A DNA stretch of 64,000 nt, from contig OZ024741.1 in NCBI GenBank assembly GCA_964016885.1, positions 257,734,001 to 257,798,000 of the forward strand, written 5' to 3'. The notes under the pieces are model-generated. The model was given only the letters and a program-made list of their open reading frames with translations, did not search any database and was not told the origin of the DNA. How positions within the stretch are numbered: position 1 is the first letter of the stretch; the number at the start of each line of letters is the position of its first letter. Below, piece after piece: positions 24,849-37,200 of this stretch. Source of the DNA: Eledone cirrhosa (Eukaryota). A program made the translations under genes and the position numbers.

Positions 24849-24913
24849 TTTATTATATATATTTCGAAGGTACTGTGTTTTTTTTTCTTTCCAGTACGTC
24901 CTCGTCAGATAAA
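24849..24913 (-). ncRNA. Minimal type I hammerhead ribozyme
   Basis: Minus strand: tttat CTGACGA ggac-gtactg..cagtac-cttc GAAA tatata TA ataaa. Confidence 0.82.
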
Positions 24914-25051
24914 ATATATGATTTGATATATGACATACCTTTACGGTCTTGATATTTCAATTCCAGTATTGGCAGTCAGTATTTTTATACTGCCAATACG
25001 GGAATTGAAATATCAAGACCGTAAAGGTATGTCATATATCAAATCATATAT

Positions 25052-25116
25052 TTTATCTGACGAGGACGTACTGGAAAGAAAAAAAAACACAATACCTTTG
25101 AAATATATATAATAAA
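25052..25116 (+). ncRNA. Minimal type I hammerhead ribozyme
   Basis: tttat CTGACGA ggacgtactg..caatacctt-t GAAA tatata TA ataaa. Confidence 0.78.
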
Positions 25117-25305
25117 GCATATATTTTGATTATGTGAATATCTTCATTTGTTAATATTTTCAATAATATTAAAACTCCAGGAATATTTCACTGTTGAGTG
25201 CTTTTAATCTATTGTAAAACTGTATTCATTGTGTAATCAATGAGCCATATTAATCTTTGGTCATATATATACATATATATATGTATATATATATATATAT
25301 GTATA

Positions 25306-26217
<912 letters not shown>

Positions 26218-26275
26218 TTTAAGTAAGTGCCGTACTAAGAGTGAGAAATGAAATTTCGTTTTCATTTTATTACAA

Positions 26276-26404
<129 letters not shown>

Positions 26405-26425
26405 TATATATTATAACTAGACCTG

Positions 26426-26517
<92 letters not shown>

Positions 26518-27161
26518 CTAGACCTGAAAAATGTGAAAGCTCAAAAGACCCACAGAATGTTATAATAAACCTTCAAAAGTGTGGGACTAGAGTTGTTGCT
26601 CAAAAATATTGTATTCATTATCTCTCGTACACTCTGTGGCATCATTTTATAAAAAAGAGACTCATAACGAACTCAAGACGACACGATCATTATTTAAGCT
26701 AATGTTCAATATCTCATATTAGATGTTTAGTAATGATTAATACGAAATGCACTTCAACCGAATTCTATATTATAAATTCACTTAAGAAAAAACCTAAAAT
26801 CTTGATTCTTCACCCTAAAATAGCATAAATTAAATATTTTCAAACTTAACCGTTTAACTTTCGGAAAATCTCCTTCTACATATATTACCACTTATCTTCC
26901 CTCTCTCTATATATATATATATTATCCCAGCGGCTCTTATTGACCGCTTTCCCTGATAAATTGTAGTATCATACATTTTAAAATCTCTATAACTGTTACA
27001 TTAGGCAACGTTTTTCTTACTCACACATTCACTATTGAATTTATTACGTTTTCGCATTTTCTCATTATTAGGGTATAAATGTTAAACTTTCTCTTAGGTT
27101 AATCACTACCTTGATTAAATCTTAACCATTTAACATCTCAGGGTATGTCATGTATCATTAT

Positions 27162-27214
27162 ATTTTGTCTGATGAGGACGTGCTGTTGTACATCTGAAAT
27201 ATGTATAATAAAAT
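27162..27214 (+). ncRNA. Minimal type I hammerhead ribozyme
   Basis: attttgt CTGATGA ggacgtgc-tgtt-gtacatct GAAA tatgta TA ataaaat. Confidence 0.8.
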
Positions 27215-27880
27215 GTAATTGATAAAAAGAACATCTATTTTATTAATATTTGTATTTTAATATTAATAACTCTGTAAAATTATTTTTCATAGAGTGCTTC
27301 CAATCTACAGTAAAATTCATTCTTTGATATACTCATTGAATCTTGTTTAACTCTTTAATATATATATATATATATATATATGGGGGGGTGTATGTATATA
27401 TATGTATATATGTATATATATATAAGGACACGTGACCTCACTGCCAAATTTACTAGTACAGTCGAATGGCTGTGTTTTCTCAGGAATAGATGAACGTGGA
27501 TACTTGGAACGAAAGACCTGTTGACGAAGGGATATCTACGTACCATCTTAGGATACATTACTGACTTGCATATACATTACGCATCTTGGAGTGTAACTTC
27601 CGTGCTCAGAAACCCATCCAAAGTATTTATCGATTAGTATCTATCGATCAGGTCCAGGTTCGTCTTTAATTTGTCTGTATTTTTCGTTGTTGTAGTATTA
27701 ATGTGGCAACATGTCTCTGGTCACATTATTCATTGTGTCACTATTACCTAACTTGCTGTGTTCACTCTGAGGGGAAATTTATTAATTACTTTATGATCGA
27801 GTCCTTTGTAATGGTCTTCTATTTGATTTGCAAGATTTCTGATCTGAAAACATGTGTTGAAACAGATATTGTTATAATTT

Positions 27881-28346
27881 AGTGGGGTCTTGCTGCCAAT
27901 AAAAACACACACACCAGTTGTGTTTTACTTCAATTAAATATAAACTTCCAGATGGTTAGTTTAATAACCCGATGGTTATTTATTAGTATATTGTCAAATC
28001 TCTTTCGTCACACATGCTGAGACCTCCCCAGTGGCTAATTTGTTATTGTTTGTCTACCTTTGTTCTGTCCTAGTCTATCTTGTTTTTGTGAGCTAATAAA
28101 AACAAGATGGTGCAGGACAGAACAAAGGAGGGACAAAAAAAATAACAAATTAGTCACTGGGGAGGACACAGAATGTGTGACGAAAGGGCTTTGACAATTA
28201 ACAAATAAACAGAATGTGTGACGAAAGAGTTTTGACAATTAACAAATAAACGGTTATTAAACTAACGAACTGGAAGTGTATAATTGATTAATGTAAAAGC
28301 AAACAGGTGCGGGTGTTTTTATTGGCAGCATGACCCCCCCCCCACT
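27881..28346. mobile_element. Diverged fold-back element with hammerhead-like motifs (27990-28040 minus, 28148-28199 plus)
   Basis: Inverted arms; aattagtca CTGGGGA ggacaca-gaa-tgtgtgac GAAA gggc TT tgacaatt; partial repeats at 28210-28250 and 28552-28583. Confidence 0.6.
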
Positions 28347-28584
28347 CAACCCACCCACCCCAAAAAAAGATTATGACAATATATATATATATATATGTGT
28401 ACCTGTCTATGCATCAGTTGAACTTTTCCTTTAGTTAAGTCGATCCTTACTTTGATTATCTCTATTTTAGATAACCCATGGAAGACAAAGTATTTAAGTA
28501 AAATTATATTCGACATTGCATGCAGTATGAATTTCAATGCAGTAATTACAATGACGAAAGAGCTTTGACAATTAACAAATAAAG

Positions 28585-29431
28585 ATCCACATTAAAGCAT
28601 CAAAGATTTGTCCAAGAACCTTAATATCTCAGGGACCCCTACTCAGGAACATCTTAAGAAAGTTGGAAATGTGTATATGGAGGGGATTTGGGTGCCACAT
28701 GAACTGCCTCTGGGCAGCAAAGCTTTGCATTCAACAATTTACAAGTTTGCTGATCCGGAATAAAAATTCACCTTCCCCTGGTCGAATTGTTACCGGAGAT
28801 GAGAAATGGATTGGTTTTATAACCAATAAACATAAGGTACTCCAGTTCCAACACCCAAGCCAGCATTGCACCAAAAGAATGTAATGATCTACACTTGGTT
28901 GAATAATAGAAGTGTAGTTCACTTTGAGTTATTAGAAGAAAGGGAAAGTGTGACTACAAAACTTGATTGTCAACAACTTGATCTACTGAATGAAGCTTTG
29001 CGTAGAACGTATCCTGCTCTGCTGAACAAAAAGGGAATCATTTTTCAACATGATAATGCAAGGACACATTCTTCAAAAGAAATCCAAGAAAAAAGTTGTC
29101 ATTAGTCTGGGAACTTTTATCCTTACTTCCATATTCATCAGACTTCGCCCGATCAGATATTCATATATTCAAATGCCTTGAACATTTTATCAGTGGGAAA
29201 AGATTCACAAGTAATGCAGAGTTTGAAGCTTCAATTAATTCCATTCTTTCTTCCAAAGACCAAGATTATTTTGAACGGGGAATAAAAAAAAATCTCCTCT
29301 CAAAATGACAAAGGTTATATCTAATGCTGGTGTTTATGTTGTTAATAAATACATTTGATAATATTTTGTCTTTTCTTTGTCAATTATAGTACCTAACAAA
29401 AAATGCGACATTGCTTTCCTATACCCTAAAT
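28585..29431 (+). pseudogene. Decayed mariner (DD34D) transposase with likely 3' end
   Basis: WVPHEL (~28689), IVTGDEKWI, FQHDNARTH and PYSSDFARSD (YSPDLAPSD-like); frameshifted. Confidence 0.9.
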
Positions 29432-29633
29432 ATATATGTGAGAGTATTCTAGGATCAATACCCATTACGAGACCTATGTATATTTAATATAAACAGATTG
29501 TATATGTTTTCATATAATCCTCCTCTGCACCTCTCTCTCTCTACCTGTCTAATGTATATATATCTAAACTATAATATATATAATAAAATATAAGAGAACA
29601 AAAATCAGTGTTGTATCATATACGTATTTAATT

Positions 29634-29725
29634 ACATATTACATATGTTTCACTGTCGATCAGCTTGAGGAACGTTCGATTAAAGTTCGATCCTGACTCT
29701 GGAATCGGAAGCTCCTCAGATATGT
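29634..29725 (-). ncRNA. Type I hammerhead ribozyme with canonical core and long stem II/loop
   Basis: Minus strand: acatat CTGAGGA gcttccgat...atcgacagt GAAA catatg TA atatgt; GUA triplet and palindromic stem III. Confidence 0.78.
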
Positions 29726-29777
29726 GTTAACATGCAGACTCGCCTCTAAGAGTAGTTGGATATTTATCCCGGTTCAG

Positions 29778-29958
29778 ATTGGCAGTATCAGTAGAGGGTC
29801 GGACGCCATGCTTTCCAGCATAGTTACGTCCCTTTACGATCTGAGTTCAAATCCCGCCGAGATTGACTTTGCCTTTGATCCTTACGGGGTCGATAAAATA
29901 AAGTACCAGTAATGCACTGGGTATTTGCTGGCCTTGTGCCTAAAGTAGAAACAATTAT
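29778..29958 (+). mobile_element. Full-length tRNA-derived SINE (cephalopod-like)
   Basis: A-box-like TGGCAGTATCAG, B box GAGTTCAAATCC, body ggggtcgataaaataaagtaccagt, tail ...gtagaaacaattatt. Confidence 0.9.
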
Positions 29959-30197
29959 TTTATGCTGCCACTCACTCTGTTAAAGGAATGTGTTATCACT
30001 GTATTCATCCTGTTACTGCTATTTGTTGGTCAAGGCGGCATTTTCATTCTTGCGTGGCGGCCAGTCTGCCGGAACTCTGCTGTTACAGTCTTTGAAGTAA
30101 GTTCGAAGTGAATAAAGCAATACAAAAATACAACAGTAAAAAAAATAAAAAGATAAATCCAATCTTTACAAAGATAAAGATGCGATAAGAAAATAAA

Positions 30198-30572
30198 TAA
30201 TTGTTTCTACTTTTCGCACAAGGCCAGCAATTATCCCAGTGTATTACTGGTACTTTATTTTATCGACCCCCGTAAGGATGAAAGGCAAGGTTAACCTCGA
30301 CGGGATTTGAACTCAGACCATAAAGGGAGGTAACTCTTTGCTACAAAGCATGGCGTTAGACCCTCTACCGATACTGCCAATCCAAGAAAATATATAATTG
30401 TTTCTATTTTTGGTACAAGGCCAGCAATTACCCAGTACATTACTGGTACTTTATTTTATCGACTCCGTAAGGATGAAAGGCAAAGTTAACCTCGGCCGGA
30501 TTTGAACTCAGATCGTAAAGGGACGTAACTATGCTGGAAAGCATGTCCGACCCTTTTCCGATACTGCCAATT
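30198..30572 (-). mobile_element. Two adjacent SINE copies (30198-30383 and 30396-30572)
   Basis: Both are reverse complements of 29778-29958. Confidence 0.9.
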
Positions 30573-30911
30573 CACCATACGGACAAAGAAGATTGGCAGT
30601 GAGATAGAGAATAAAGGGATAAGGTGAATAAGTAAAAAAGTAAAAGAATAAGACACTGTCCGACAGTGGAAACACGTGCGTAGAGAGAGAGTGAGAGTGA
30701 AAGAAAGAGACAGACTACGAGAGGGGGTAGCGGGAGGGAGAGAGGGAGAGAGGGAGAGTGAATAGACACTAAAACACGTGCTATAGAAACATTACCTTCC
30801 CCTCTCGACTGACTTTGGTCACTAAGGCCGAGGGAATCGCTGGTTGCTATAGAGACACCTTGCACAAGCCAGAAGTAACCAGTTCGAGGCGGTTCTGACT
30901 TGACACCATGC

Positions 30912-31155
30912 GAAGAAGGTTGCCATTGAATTTGTGGTTTGAAGAAGGTTGCCATTGAATTTGTGGTTTGAAGAAGGTTGCCATTGAATTTGTGGTTTGA
31001 AGAAGGTTGCCATTGAATTTGTGGTTGTTGCTGCTGATAATAAGGACCATTTGAAGAAGGTTGCCATTGAATTTGTGGTTTGAAGAAGGTTGCCATTGAA
31101 TTTGTGGTTGTTGCTGCTGATAATAATAAGGACCATTTGAAGAAGGTTGCTGCTG
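30912..31155. repeat. 29-bp minisatellite gaagaaggttgccattgaatttgtggttt with longer variant units
   Basis: About 6-7 units, two extended by gttgctgctgataataaggaccattt. Confidence 0.9.
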
Positions 31156-31821
31156 ATGAGGTAATTTATTAATCAGATTGCGCAGTTCCATAACCTACGT
31201 TTGATTTGTTCAATTTTTTTCTTCAATTTTTTTTGTTGTTTTTTTTTTATTTCTTATTAAAAAAATATAAATAATAAAATAAGGTTAGAAATTTAAATAC
31301 AATTAAATACGGTTTTATTCCCATTTCCAGCAGTCAATGTCCAGTGTTCAATTTCATGAAAAAATTGGAAATAATTCAAAAAATTGAAGTTTAACTTTTG
31401 AACATTTGTTTTGACAATAAAAAATATTTCCTTATTCACACCTAATGGTATGATTAAAATTTCATAGGAATATTTTTTTCTAACCGCCAGTTATTTAAAT
31501 ATTATTAAAAATAAATTTTTTTTTTAAAAGAATGAAGATTTTGTGGATTTTTTTACCACCTTCCAAGCCTTAAACACTAATTCTCGCGAATTTGTGTTTT
31601 GTAATGACCCTCAGGACGCTGCTATTGTTGATTCCAATAGTGCCTGGTATTCGAATATGTTAGTATACAATTTTTTGAATAAAATTAAGGCGCAATTAGA
31701 GCTGCCAAACAAAATTTTTTTCGGCTTCGGCCCCTATTATTTTTGGGAAAATTCTATTGGCTCTAATGAGTCTGCCTCTGTTGGCGTTATTTGCGACAGT
31801 CACCATTTCTTGACTTTCAAG

Positions 31822-32400
31822 TCTATATATGTAAAGCTGAGGTTGTCTGTCTGTCTACTAAAGCCTTCGGCACACATCTCCTCTTAAACCGTACGTTTAA
31901 ATTTCGGGGAAATTGCTACACTTATAGATGAAGGTCCGGCGGAGTCACTGTCTGTCTATCTGTCTACTAAAACCTTCGGCACACATCTCCTCTTAAACCG
32001 TACGTTCAAATTTCGGTGAAATTGCTACACTTATAGATGAAGGTCCGGCGGAGTCAAAATGTTTCAAATCGACCCACGCCAAGTGTAAAAATCGAATTTG
32101 TAATCTCCTTATAATATATAACCAGCAATTTCTCTGTCTGTCTTTCCGACAGTGGAAAAATTGCTGGCGCGCGTGCGAATGTTTTTTGCGCACGCGTAGA
32201 GAGAGAGTGAGAGTGAAAGAAAGAGACAGACTACGAGAGGGGGATAGCGGGAGGGAGAGAGAGAGAGTGAATAGACGCTAAAACACGTGCGCGCGTGCGA
32301 ATGTTTTTGCGCACGCGTAGAGAGAGAGTGAGAGTGAAAGAAAGAGACAGACTACAAGAGGGAGATAGCGGGAGGGAGAGAGGGGGGAATTGAGGAGTGC
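31822..32400 (+). mobile_element. Helitron-like non-autonomous 5' heads with internal tandem duplications
   Basis: TCtatatatgtaaag...(GTCT)n head; ~105-bp tandem duplication 31845-32055; second head at ~32105; AG-rich unit duplicated in 32168-32385 and shared with 30660-30782. Confidence 0.55.
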
Positions 32401-32627
32401 TACAGAAACATATATACATTTCTGTGTGTGTGTAATATATATATATACGCACAGAAATATATATACATTTCTGTGTGTGTAATATATATATATATATACA
32501 CAGAGAAATATATATACATTTCGGTGTGTGTAATATATATATACACACAGAAATATATATACATTTCTGTGTGTGTAATATATATATATACTAGCAGAAA
32601 ACCACCCGATGGGTGGTTTTCTGCTAG

Positions 32628-34082
32628 TCTCTATATATATAAAACGGAAGATGTCTGTCTGTGTGTGTGTGTATGAGTTTTATGCATTTCCACATTTCTC
32701 TACCGATTTTGATGATTTTTTTCCAATGTGCTTCAAATTGACCAAGGTTGGTCAACGCGTAATAAAGTTTGCCAAAAGTTTCCTGCTTCTATGAAAAAAT
32801 CGATAAAACTAAATACATGCTGTAACCCTCTCTCTTACACGTTTATTCACTCTCACTACTACCTTCAACAATCTATGAAACTACATACATGTTGCAACTC
32901 TCTTTAAAAGGTTCATCGTTTCCTCTACTCCACTCTCAATCTCCTCTGCAACTCTCTTTAAAAGGTTCATCCCTCCCTCTACCCCCCCCCCTCAATCTCC
33001 TCTGCAACTCTCTTTAAAAGGTTACTGCCTCCGTCTACTACCCTATCACCATTACAGTTTAGAACAGCGACAAAACTTCTTTTCAAGGAACGCGACACAA
33101 ACTTTGAAAACTAAGCAACACATCGATTTATACAACAACAAACATAGCTTCACTCTCTCCGTCGCTCTTCCCTCTCTCTACAATAGATTATTCCCTTCTC
33201 TATAATTTAACTACTTTGCTGTCTTCATGCTTCGAGGTTTAACACACCTCCTTATGGTTTCTTAGCTTCATTCTATCCGTCGCTCTACCCCTCTCTCTAT
33301 AATAGATCATTCCCCCTCTTCGTTCAGGAACGCGAAATAAACTTTGATAACTAAGCAACACATCATTTTATACAACAACAAACATAGTCATAACGACGCT
33401 CATATATCAAATAACAAAACTTAAAAAGCCGATAACACTAAATACATATTCCTCTCTCAACGTTACATTCTACATCAAATAATAAATGTATTTATAAAAC
33501 AACAGATGTATTTATAAAACAACAGATGTATTTATAAAACAACAGATGTATTTATAAAACAACAAACGTAATCATAACGACGCTTAAGCATTCATTTACT
33601 TGAATCTCAACAAAGACATTATATTTTATTGTTGTCCATTTTGTAATTTTTTTTCTTTGTTTTTCGCAATATGAGACAAAAAATGTGTGCTCCTAAATAT
33701 CGCCCCTGTTTACACTCTTTTGTGCTATAACTCAGACGGGCTTGGCTTACAGGTTTGACCTACTATTTGACGTGCATACAACTTACTTAATACTCACTTT
33801 CCACTTATTCACTGATCAGTTGAAATTTTTCGCTACTCCCCTCGATACCCAGCAGCATCAGGGCCACCATCTTGCAACTTTGGTCTGCTAAATTCGCTAT
33901 TGGAAGATTATTAACCCATCATTGATTGTCTAAAATTCTAATTGGTTCGTAACTTTTAATAACCTGTTCAACTGCTTTATGTACTTAATTGATAAGCTTA
34001 TTCGCTTTCAAGCCACGTTTACCTGTGTGTAACTTTTCATAGCAAATGAACAAACCCGAGCAACACCGGGCTAAACTGCTAG
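32628..34082 (+). mobile_element. Non-autonomous Helitron-like element
   Basis: 5' TCtctatatatataaaacgg..(GTCT)(GT)n; 3' hairpin cccg-agcaacac-cggg (34055-34070) then CTAG (34079-82) followed by T; internal tandem repeats at 32890-33025 and 33486-33564. Confidence 0.75.
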
Positions 34083-34275
34083 TAAAAGATAAAGTAATAA
34101 CAATGCAGATCAAGGATAAACAGTAATAAATAATAAAATATATAAATGTATCAGTTGGAAAAGTGACAGGAATAGTGAATGTCTTGACTGACTTCATATT
34201 GAATCCGGTGAACCGTTATTACCTTAATATATAATGGGCATTTCTCTGTTTGTTTGTCTGTCTGTCCGTCTGTAA

Positions 34276-37200
34276 AAAATAACAAATAGACGCGGTTTCA
34301 AATCTCTATGCTTTTCAAATTCATTACATTAATCTTTATTTATACGTTTCGCTTTACGAGTGATTCGACTTACGAGTGTTTCGACTTACGAGTGTTTCGA
34401 CTTACGAGTGTTTCGACTTACGAGTGTTTTGACTTACGAGTGTTTCGACTTACGAGTGTTTTGACTTACGGGTGTTTCGACTTACGAGCGTTTCGACTTA
34501 CGAGTGTTTCGATTTACGAGTGTTTCGGCTTACGAGTATTTCGGCTTACGGGTGTTTCGCCTTACGAGTGTTTCGGCTTACGAGTGTTTCGACTTACGAA
34601 TGTTTTGACTTACGAGTGTTTCGGAGTTCGAGTGTTTCGACGTACGAGTGTTTCGACTTACGAGTGTTTTGCCTTACGAGTGTTTTGACTTACGGGTGTT
34701 TCGGCTTACGTGTGTTTCGACTTACGGGTGTTTCGACTTACGAATGTTTTGACTTACGGGTGTTTCGGCTTACGAGTGTTCTGACTTACGAGTGTTCTGA
34801 CTTACGAGTGTTCTGACTTACGAGTGTTCTGACTTACGAGTGTTCTGACTTACGAGTGTTCTGACTTACGAGTGTTCCGGCTTATGAGTGTTCCGACTTA
34901 CGAGTGTTTCGACTTACGAGTGTTTCGACATACGAGTGTTCTGACTTACGGATGTTCTGACTTACGAGTGTTCTGACTTACGAATGTTCTGACTTACGAG
35001 TGTTCCGACTTACGAGTGTTTCGGCTCACGAGTGTTTCGGCTTACGAGTGTTTCGACTTACGAAAATAACAAATAGACGCGGTTTCAAATCTCTATGCTT
35101 TTCAAATTCATTACATTAATCTTTATTTACATGTTTCGACTTACGAGTGTTTCGACTTACGAGTGTTTCGACTTACGAGTGTTTCGACTTACGGGTGTTT
35201 CGACTTACGAGTGTTTCGACTTACGAGTGTTTTGACTTACGAGTGTTCTGACTTACGAGTGTTCTGACTTACGAGTGTTTCGACTTACGAGTGTTCTGAC
35301 TTACGAGTGTTCTGACTTACGAGTGTTCCGACTTACGAGTGTTTCGACTTACGAGTGTTTCGACTTACGAGTGTTTCGACTTACGAGTGTTTCGGCTTAC
35401 GAGTGTTTTGACTTACGAGTGTTCTGACTACGAGTGTTCTGACTTACGAGTGTTTCGGCTTATGAGTGTTTCGACTTACGAGTGTTTCGGCTTATGAGTT
35501 TTTCGACTTACGAGTGTTTCGGCTTACGGGTGTTTCGACTTACGAGTGTTTCGACTTACGAGTGTTTCGACTTACGGGTGTTTCGACTTACGAGTGTTTC
35601 GACTACGAGTGTTTCGACTTACGAGTGTTTCGGCTTATGAGTGTTTCGACATACGGGTGTTTCGACTTACGGTGTTTCGGCTTACGAGTGTTTCGACTTA
35701 CGAGTGTTCTGACTTACGAGTGTTCTGACTTATGAGTGTTCTGACTTACGAGTGTTCTAACTTACGAGTGTTCCGACTTACAAGTGTTTCGGCTTACGAG
35801 TGTTTCGGCTTACGAGTGTTTCGACTTACGAGTGTTTCGACTTACGAGTGTTTCGACTTACGAGTGTTTCGACTTACGAGTGTTTTGACTTACGAGTGTT
35901 TTGACTTACTGGTGTTTTGACATACGAGTGTTTCGATACGAGTGTTTCGACTTACGAGTGTTCTGACTTACGAGTGTTCTGACCTACGAGTGTTCTGACT
36001 TACGGGTGTTCTGACTTACGTGTGTTCCGACTTACGAGTGTTTCGGCTATGGGTGTTTCGACTTACGAGTGTTTCGACTTACGAATGTTTTGGCTTACGA
36101 GTGTTTCGGCTTACGAGTGTTTCGACTTACGAATGTTTTGGCTTACGAGTGTTTCGGCTTACGGGTGTTTCGACTAATGAGTGTTTCGACTTACGAGTGT
36201 TTTGACTTACGAGTGTTCCGACTAACGAGTGTTTCGGCTCACCAGTGTTTCGGCTTACGAGTGTTTCGACTTACGAAAATAACAAATAGAAGCGGTTTCA
36301 AATCTCTATGCTTTTCAAATTCATTACATTAATCTTTATTTATACGTTTCGCTTTACGAGTGATTCGACTTACGAGTGTTTCGACTTACGAGTGTTTCGA
36401 CTTACGAGTGTTTCGACTTACGAGTGTTTTGACTTACGAGTGTTTCGACTTACGAGTGTTTTGACTTACGGGTGTTTCGACTTACGAGCGTTTCGACTTA
36501 CGAGTGTTTCGATTTACGAGTGTTTCGGCTTACGAGTATTTCGGCTTACGGGTGTTTCGGCTTACGAGTGTTTCGGCTTACGAGTGTTTCGACTTACGAA
36601 TGTTTTGACTTACGAGTGTTTCGGAGTTCGAGTGTTTCGACGTACGAGTGTTTCGACTTACGAGTGTTTTGCCTTACGAGTGTTTTGACTTACGGGTGTT
36701 TCGGCTTACGTGTGTTTCGACTTACGGGTGTTTCGACTTACGAATGTTTTGAGTTACGGGTGTTTCGGCTTACGAGTGTTCTGACTTACGAGTGTTCTGA
36801 CTTACGAGTGTTCTGACTTACGAGTGTTCTGACTTACGAGTGTTCTGACTTACGAGTGTTCTGACTTACGAGTGTTCCGACTTATGAGTGTTCCGACTTA
36901 CGAGTGTTTCGACTTACGAGTGTTTCGACATACGAGTGTTCTGACTTACGGATGTTCTGACTTACGAGTGTTCTGACTTACGAGTGTTCTGACTTACGAG
37001 TGTTTCGACTTACGAGTGTTTCGACTTACGAGTGTTTCGACTACGAGTGTTTCGACTTACGAGTGTTTCGGCTTATGAGTGTTTCGACATACGGGTGTTT
37101 CGACTTACGGTGTTTCGGCTTACGAGTGTTTCGACTTACGAGTGTTCTGACTTACGAGTGTTCTGACTTATGAGTGTTCTGACTTACGAGTGTTCTAACT

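Larger units (their letters stand above)
24796..25170. mobile_element. Fold-back element (arms ~180 bp, ~12-nt loop) with one hammerhead per arm; right arm continues to ~25260
   Basis: 24796-24976 is the reverse complement of 24989-25169; homologous to 19790-19980 and 27135-27330. Confidence 0.85.

Noticed and set aside
26411-26530. 19-bp direct repeat ttataactagacctgaaaa flanking (AT)n, as a TSD
   Set aside because: Only microsatellite lies between the copies, so slippage or local duplication is simpler.
29778-29860. tRNA gene
   Set aside because: The A and B boxes belong to a multi-copy SINE head with an over-long inter-box region and no cloverleaf.
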